DNA of 64,000 nucleotides from Alphaproteobacteria bacterium. GTDB taxonomy: Bacteria; Pseudomonadota; Alphaproteobacteria; Rickettsiales; SXRF01. The notes under the pieces are model-generated. The model was not told the origin of the DNA, ran no database searches, and was given only the letters and a program-made list of their open reading frames with translations. Positions within the stretch are counted from its first letter, which is position 1. Each line of letters starts with the position of its first letter. The stretch spans positions 12,236 through 76,235 of the forward strand of contig JAYULW010000050.1 in assembly GCA_043763155.1 (NCBI GenBank). The letters run 5' to 3'. The translations under genes and the position numbers were made by a program. Positions 59,322 to 64,000 of the stretch are shown one piece after another.

Positions 59322-60578
59322 ATGTACCAGATGACCACCCTGAAGAACGGCCTTCGCGTCGCCACCGAATTTCTCCCCGGCGTGGAAAGCATTGCCGTAA
59401 CCGTCACCTGCGGCGTGGGCGCGCGCTACGAAAACGAAAAAGACAACGGCATCTCCCACCTGCTGGAACACATGGCCTTCAAAGGCACCAAAACCCGCAC
59501 CGCCCGCGACATCGCCGAAGCTTTCGACAATATCGGCGGCCAAATCAACGCCTACACCTCCATGGAACTCACCGTCTATTACGCCAAAGTCCTGAAAGAA
59601 GACGTGCGCCTCGCCTGTGATGTACTCGGCGACATCCTGCAAAACTCCATCTTCGACGAAAAAGAACTCGCCCGCGAAAAAGACGTGGTCATCCAGGAAA
59701 TCGCCATGCATTTCGACACGCCCGACGATTTAATCATGGATTATTTCGACGACGCCGCCTTCCCCGGCCAGCCCTTAGGGCGAAGCATCCTGAGCACCGA
59801 AGAGCGCGTAAACGCCCACACCCGCGATGACCTCATCCGCTACATGGACACCCACTACCGCACCCCGCGCATGGTGCTGTCCGCTGCCGGAAACATAGAC
59901 CACGACGCCTTCGTCAAACTCGCCGAAGAATATTTCGCACTCCCCGGCCGCGAATCCGGCCCCAGCTTCGAGATCGCCAGCTACCACGGCGGCGACAAAC
60001 GCATTGACCGCGATCTCGAGCAACTCCACCTCATCATGGGCCTGCCCGCCCCCGCCATGCACGTGCCCGACTATTACACCCTGCAACTCTACGCCAGCAT
60101 CCTCGGCGGCGGCATGGCCTCGCGCCTGTTCCAAGAGGTCCGCGAAAAACGCGGCCTCGCCTACTCTGTATACTCCATGGGTTCATCCTACGAAGATTGC
60201 GGCCTGCTCACGGTACATGCCGCCGCATCACCCGACAAAGCCAGCGAACTCTCCACCGTCCTCGCCGAACAAATCGCAGGCATGGCCGTAAGCGTTTCCG
60301 ACGAAGAACTCCAGCGCGCCAAAAACCAGCAACGCGCCGAACTCCTCATGGCCCGCGAAGGCCCCTACGCCGTATCGGCATGGATTGGCCGCCATTTGAT
60401 GATGTTCAATGAATACCGCCAGCACAAAGACATCACCGCCCGCATCAACGCGATTACGAAGCAGGACATCACCCGCATCGGCGCCGACATCGCTGGCGGC
60501 ACCCTCACCATGGCCGCACTGGGCGACGTGGCGGGCGTACTGCCTAACGATGCATTACACGCACGCCTGAAGGCCTGA
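59322..60578 (+). CDS. M16 family zinc peptidase (MPP/pitrilysin-like)
   Basis: GISHLLEHMAFKGT (inverted HxxEH zinc motif). Confidence 0.85.
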   Translation: MYQMTTLKNGLRVATEFLPGVESIAVTVTCGVGARYENEKDNGISHLLEHMAFKGTKTRTARDIAEAFDNIGGQINAYTSMELTVYYAKVLKEDVRLACDVLGDILQNSIFDEKELAREKDVVIQEIAMHFDTPDDLIMDYFDDAAFPGQPLGRSILSTEERVNAHTRDDLIRYMDTHYRTPRMVLSAAGNIDHDAFVKLAEEYFALPGRESGPSFEIASYHGGDKRIDRDLEQLHLIMGLPAPAMHVPDYYTLQLYASILGGGMASRLFQEVREKRGLAYSVYSMGSSYEDCGLLTVHAAASPDKASELSTVLAEQIAGMAVSVSDEELQRAKNQQRAELLMAREGPYAVSAWIGRHLMMFNEYRQHKDITARINAITKQDITRIGADIAGGTLTMAALGDVAGVLPNDALHARLKA

Positions 60579-61826
60579 TTCCGGCTTCACGTCGGAATAT
60601 TCTTCCCGCGCCGCAGCCAGCCCTGCAATGGCCGCCACAATGCCATACGCCCGGAAGTTGCAATCCCGCACGCTCTTCCAGCGGTTGCCTTCCATCTCGA
60701 TTTCGTCGCACATGCCGGTAAATTCCATGCCAGCCGCGTTCAAATTGCTAAGCGCGTCGCGCTCACCATTCACCCGGTACATGCCCCCAATCGGCACCCC
60801 GTCCACGATATACACCATCGGCTCCGCGGGCTTGCCATTCACCACGTCCAGCGTTGGCACGCCCTCCTGAATAATCACCTCGCTATTGCGCGCGCCTTCC
60901 TTGATGACCTGCATCTTGTTGCGCTCTTTTTTATTCAGGTCCAGAATATCCTCCGGCGACGTGGCAGTCATAATGCCCATGCCATAGGTGCCGCTTTCCG
61001 CCTTGATAAACACATATGGCTTTTCCGTGATGCCATACTGCATGTATTTTTCCTGCACCCGCGCCAGCACCTTTTCAATGCCCTTGGCCACGCAATCCAG
61101 CCCCGTGCGTTCTTTAAAATCCACAAACCCGCAATGATGGAACTCCGCGGCAAGTAACCACGGGTCCAGCGTAAACGTGCGGCAAAAATCTTCGACCAGC
61201 GCCCGGTACGCCGCAAAATGCACGCTCTTCCTGCGCTTATGCCAGCCCATGCCCGGTGGCGGCAAAATCGGCTGCACCACCTGTTCCAGCAGCTCAGGCA
61301 CCCCCGCCGTCATATCGTTATTCAGCACCACAAGGTCGGGCACAAATCCGTCCAGCATCAGCGTGCCGCCGTCCTTGTGCATGGCGCGCTGCACCAGCTT
61401 GCGCCCCGAAGGCGCTTCCAGCTCCACAGGCACATCTGGCGTGGCGTTCAGGCCGCCCAGCTGCACCTCCATGCCCGCTTCTTCAAAAATCGTAATCAGC
61501 GTGGCAAGGTTTTCAAGGTAGCCCATATTGCGCGTATGGTTTTCCGGCACGATCAGTATTTTCCGCGCGTCCGCATGCGTATCCTGCAAAAACCGGGTGA
61601 TAAACCGCGACGCCCGCGCCCGTGCGCGCGGCGATAAATTATTGAACCCGGCGGGGTACAAATTCGTATCCACCGGTGCAAGCTTCAACCCCGAATGCCG
61701 CAAATCCACCGAGCTGTAAATGAAGGGCGCAGCTTCCGCGCGCTTCGCACCGAACCAGCGCTCAATATCGTCGCCGCGCGCATCTTCAAGTTTTTCCAGT
61801 GTTTTGAGTATGTCTTCCATCACCAT
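60555..61826 (-). CDS. gshA: Glutamate--cysteine ligase, short proteobacterial type (the 'T. ferrooxidans-type' GshA family as I recall it)
   Basis: N-terminal IYSSVDLRHSGLKLAPVDTNLYPAGFNNL closely resembles this GshA family from memory. Needs an HMM check. Confidence 0.65.
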   Translation of the reverse strand: MVMEDILKTLEKLEDARGDDIERWFGAKRAEAAPFIYSSVDLRHSGLKLAPVDTNLYPAGFNNLSPRARARASRFITRFLQDTHADARKILIVPENHTRNMGYLENLATLITIFEEAGMEVQLGGLNATPDVPVELEAPSGRKLVQRAMHKDGGTLMLDGFVPDLVVLNNDMTAGVPELLEQVVQPILPPPGMGWHKRRKSVHFAAYRALVEDFCRTFTLDPWLLAAEFHHCGFVDFKERTGLDCVAKGIEKVLARVQEKYMQYGITEKPYVFIKAESGTYGMGIMTATSPEDILDLNKKERNKMQVIKEGARNSEVIIQEGVPTLDVVNGKPAEPMVYIVDGVPIGGMYRVNGERDALSNLNAAGMEFTGMCDEIEMEGNRWKSVRDCNFRAYGIVAAIAGLAAAREEYSDVKPESGLQACV

Positions 61827-62578
61827 TCAGCCTTGAATTGGGGTTGTTCCTGCCAGTCTCCCAGCCACGCCTGCATGCAACTAAGCGCTGCAACCATGGC
61901 CGTATCCGCGCGCAGCACCCGCGGCCCCAGCCCAAAAGCCTTCACCCCCGGATGCGCCCGCAGCATCATGCGTTCCTCCTGCGAGAACCCGCCCTCCGGG
62001 CCGATAATCACAGCATATTTGCCACCCATAGATAGTGAGGGCAACAGCGTTTTCAAGTCCTGCCCCTCGCCGCTTTCATCGGCAAAAAGCAGCGTGCGGT
62101 CGCTGGGCCACGAGGCCAGCAGCGCGTTCACATCCCTGAATTCTTCAATGCGCGGCACATCCATCCGCTCGCACTGCTCGGCGGCTTCAATCACATACGC
62201 ATCCATTTTTTCGCGGTTCAGGCTGCGCACCACCGCATGGCGCGTATACACGGGCAGCAGCGCCGAAACCCCCAGCTCCACAGCCTTCTCCACCACAAAA
62301 TCCACCTTGTTCTTAAGCGGGGCGAACGCCAGCCACATATCCGGCGAAGCCTTCTGCGACTTCACCATAATCTGCACCGTAAGGCTCACCGATTTCTTGG
62401 AAATATCTTCAATATGCGCCAGCCACTCGCCGTCGCGCCCATTGAACAACGCCACACTCTCGCCAACCTGCCCGCGCATCACATTACCCACATAATGCGC
62501 CTGCGCCCCATTGAGGATGCACGCGCTATTCGCAGCAAATCCCTGCGGTACATACAGCCGCAGGCGTGGTTTTTTCAT
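61820..62578 (-). CDS. rsmE: 16S rRNA (uracil1498-N3)-methyltransferase
   Basis: PRLRLYVP...HYVGNVMRGQVGESVALFNG and C-terminal IIGPEGGFS...LGPRVLRADTA. Confidence 0.85.
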   Translation of the reverse strand: MKKPRLRLYVPQGFAANSACILNGAQAHYVGNVMRGQVGESVALFNGRDGEWLAHIEDISKKSVSLTVQIMVKSQKASPDMWLAFAPLKNKVDFVVEKAVELGVSALLPVYTRHAVVRSLNREKMDAYVIEAAEQCERMDVPRIEEFRDVNALLASWPSDRTLLFADESGEGQDLKTLLPSLSMGGKYAVIIGPEGGFSQEERMMLRAHPGVKAFGLGPRVLRADTAMVAALSCMQAWLGDWQEQPQFKAEW

Positions 62579-62645
62579 CGGTTGCGCTTGATTCGTCATG
62601 CGCCACACGCTAAATCTTTGGGCAGGAAATGTAAACAGGTATAGA

Positions 62646-63485
62646 ATGTCGCCCTATCTGCGTTTGATGCGCCTGCACCAGCCCGTTGGCATCTGGTTGT
62701 TGCTGTGGCCCTGCTGCTGGTCGCTGGCCCTTGCCGCGCACGGCAAGCCCTCCCCCGTCATGCTCATCCTGTTCGCCCTTGGCGCGCTCATCATGCGCAG
62801 CGCCGGCTGCATCGTAAACGACATCGCCGACCGCGAAATAGACAAGCAGGTCGAGCGCACCCGCACCCGCCCGCTTGCCAGCGGCGAACTTAAACTCAAG
62901 CAAGCCATCCTGCTGCTATGCATGCTGCTCGCCTGCGCCCTCTACATCGCGCTGCTGCTGGGCCAGAACACCGTCTTCTGGGCCGGCGCCTCCCTGCCTC
63001 TGGTCGCCGCCTACCCATGGATGAAACGCATCAGCTGGTGGCCGCAATTATTCTTAGGCCTCACCTTCAACTGGGGAGCGCTCATGGGCTGGGCCGCCGT
63101 CACCGGCACTGTGCAACTCCCTGCAATCCTGCTCTATGCCGGAAGCATTTTCTGGACACTGGGCTATGATACCATCTACGCCCATCAGGACAAAACCGAC
63201 GATGCCCGCATCGGCGTAAAATCCACCGCGCTGCGCCTTGGCAAAAACACCAGAACCGCCGTAAATACCTTCTACACGCTGGCCGCAATATTCTGGGCAT
63301 TAAGCGGTTTTATGGCCGGCGCGGGCATGGTTTATTTTGCATTCCTCATCCTCACCGAGCTGCATCTGCTGCACCAGATCTGCACCGTAAATCTCGACGA
63401 CCCCGCCTCCTGCCGCCGGGTCTTCATCAGCAACCGCTTCGCAGGCTTCCTGTTGTTTATCGGCTGCTTAACGGCATTTATTTAG
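62646..63485 (+). CDS. ubiA: 4-hydroxybenzoate polyprenyltransferase
   Basis: YLRLMRLHQPVGIWLLLWP, the NDIADREIDKQVERTRTRPLASG motif and YDTIYAHQDKTDD. Confidence 0.9.
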   Translation: MSPYLRLMRLHQPVGIWLLLWPCCWSLALAAHGKPSPVMLILFALGALIMRSAGCIVNDIADREIDKQVERTRTRPLASGELKLKQAILLLCMLLACALYIALLLGQNTVFWAGASLPLVAAYPWMKRISWWPQLFLGLTFNWGALMGWAAVTGTVQLPAILLYAGSIFWTLGYDTIYAHQDKTDDARIGVKSTALRLGKNTRTAVNTFYTLAAIFWALSGFMAGAGMVYFAFLILTELHLLHQICTVNLDDPASCRRVFISNRFAGFLLFIGCLTAFI

Positions 63486-63698
63486 CCTTTTACGCCTATA
63501 AAAACCTTCCCGGCTAAACCGTCAGGAACATTAATATTTTCTTTATGCAACCTTCGCTTACACCCCATCTTGTGGCGCCAATAAGTATATCGCCTTTTAA
63601 GGAAAATTTACCTTTGTATGTCATTATCATAATGGACGCCATAATAGCGACCAGCGATACCAGGCTGCAAATTCAGCAGCAAAAAAACAAGGTTTGGA

Positions 63699-64000
63699 AT
63701 GCAGTCTACGGAAGGACAACCCCAGAGCCGACAGATCGCAGGCAACCAGCCCCGCAAGGGCGCTGTGCTTTCGCCCGATCCCAATGCGCCGCTCGAAGTG
63801 TCCGAAGCCACCATGACCTACCCCGGCAGCGAATTCTACCCGCATGAATTCGTGGAAATGCTGGAAAAAAATATCCAGAAAGTAATCAGCGAACACACCT
63901 CAGGCTCCTTGCTGGTCGTAAGCATCAGCAACCTCGCCATGATCATCAACGCCTACGGCCACGACACGTCTGAAATCGTGATGCATGATTTGCTCCGCCG
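63699..64000 (+). CDS. 5' part of a probable GGDEF-domain protein (open at the window end; not in the ORF track)
   Basis: The frame is open from ATG 63699 to the window edge. The end SLLVVSISNLAMIINAYGHDTSEIVMHDLLR resembles the start of a GGDEF domain (..D.D.FK.iND.yGH..GD.vL), with the first Asp positions replaced. Confidence 0.45.
   Translation, partial: MQSTEGQPQSRQIAGNQPRKGAVLSPDPNAPLEVSEATMTYPGSEFYPHEFVEMLEKNIQKVISEHTSGSLLVVSISNLAMIINAYGHDTSEIVMHDLLR

Noticed and set aside
60555-60578. 24-nt convergent overlap of the M16 peptidase and gshA-like 3' ends
   Set aside because: Short convergent stop-region overlaps are common in compact genomes. Nothing further suggests a regulatory role.

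Overview
GC-rich, gene-dense chromosomal segment that looks alphaproteobacterial. Supporting this are an ATPase zeta-subunit (DUF1476) gene, an alpha-type FtsL, BolA-Grx4-purL synteny, a phasin and a type-A RNase P RNA. The left 10 kb holds a contiguous dcw cluster on the minus strand (mraZ-rsmH-ftsL-ftsI-murE-murF-mraY-murD-ftsW), with a 10-bp-periodic TGGGW repeat array just upstream of mraZ. The rest is mostly housekeeping: rpsD, rluD, purL/purQ/purS/purC, rnpB, ppk1/ppx, hldD, proC, uvrC, prs-rplY-pth-ychF, aatA, trxB plus peroxiredoxin, thrC, a gshA-like gene, rsmE and ubiA. I saw no rRNA, tRNA, CRISPR array, transposase or integrase. Several orphan genes and odd intergenic regions interrupt this core. 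(1) A four-gene cluster (11.1-13.6 kb) encodes Gly/Ala-rich glycine-zipper membrane proteins, and three of its upstream regions share one promoter-like module. (2) A visibly AT-rich single-gene islet encodes a PIN-like protein. (3) Two tandem paralogous polytopic membrane proteins with ICMT/PEMT-like C-termini lie between ppk1 and ppx. (4) A translationally coupled 305-aa plus 81-aa orphan pair lies downstream of hldD. (5) A 141-aa membrane ORF is start/stop-coupled between pth and ychF. (6) A 441-aa orphan separates purL from purQ-purS-purC. (7) A 370-bp gap holds a strong orphan minus-strand terminator and CCUCC motifs, making it a candidate sRNA locus. All functional calls come from motif recognition by eye; no database search or computation was run.
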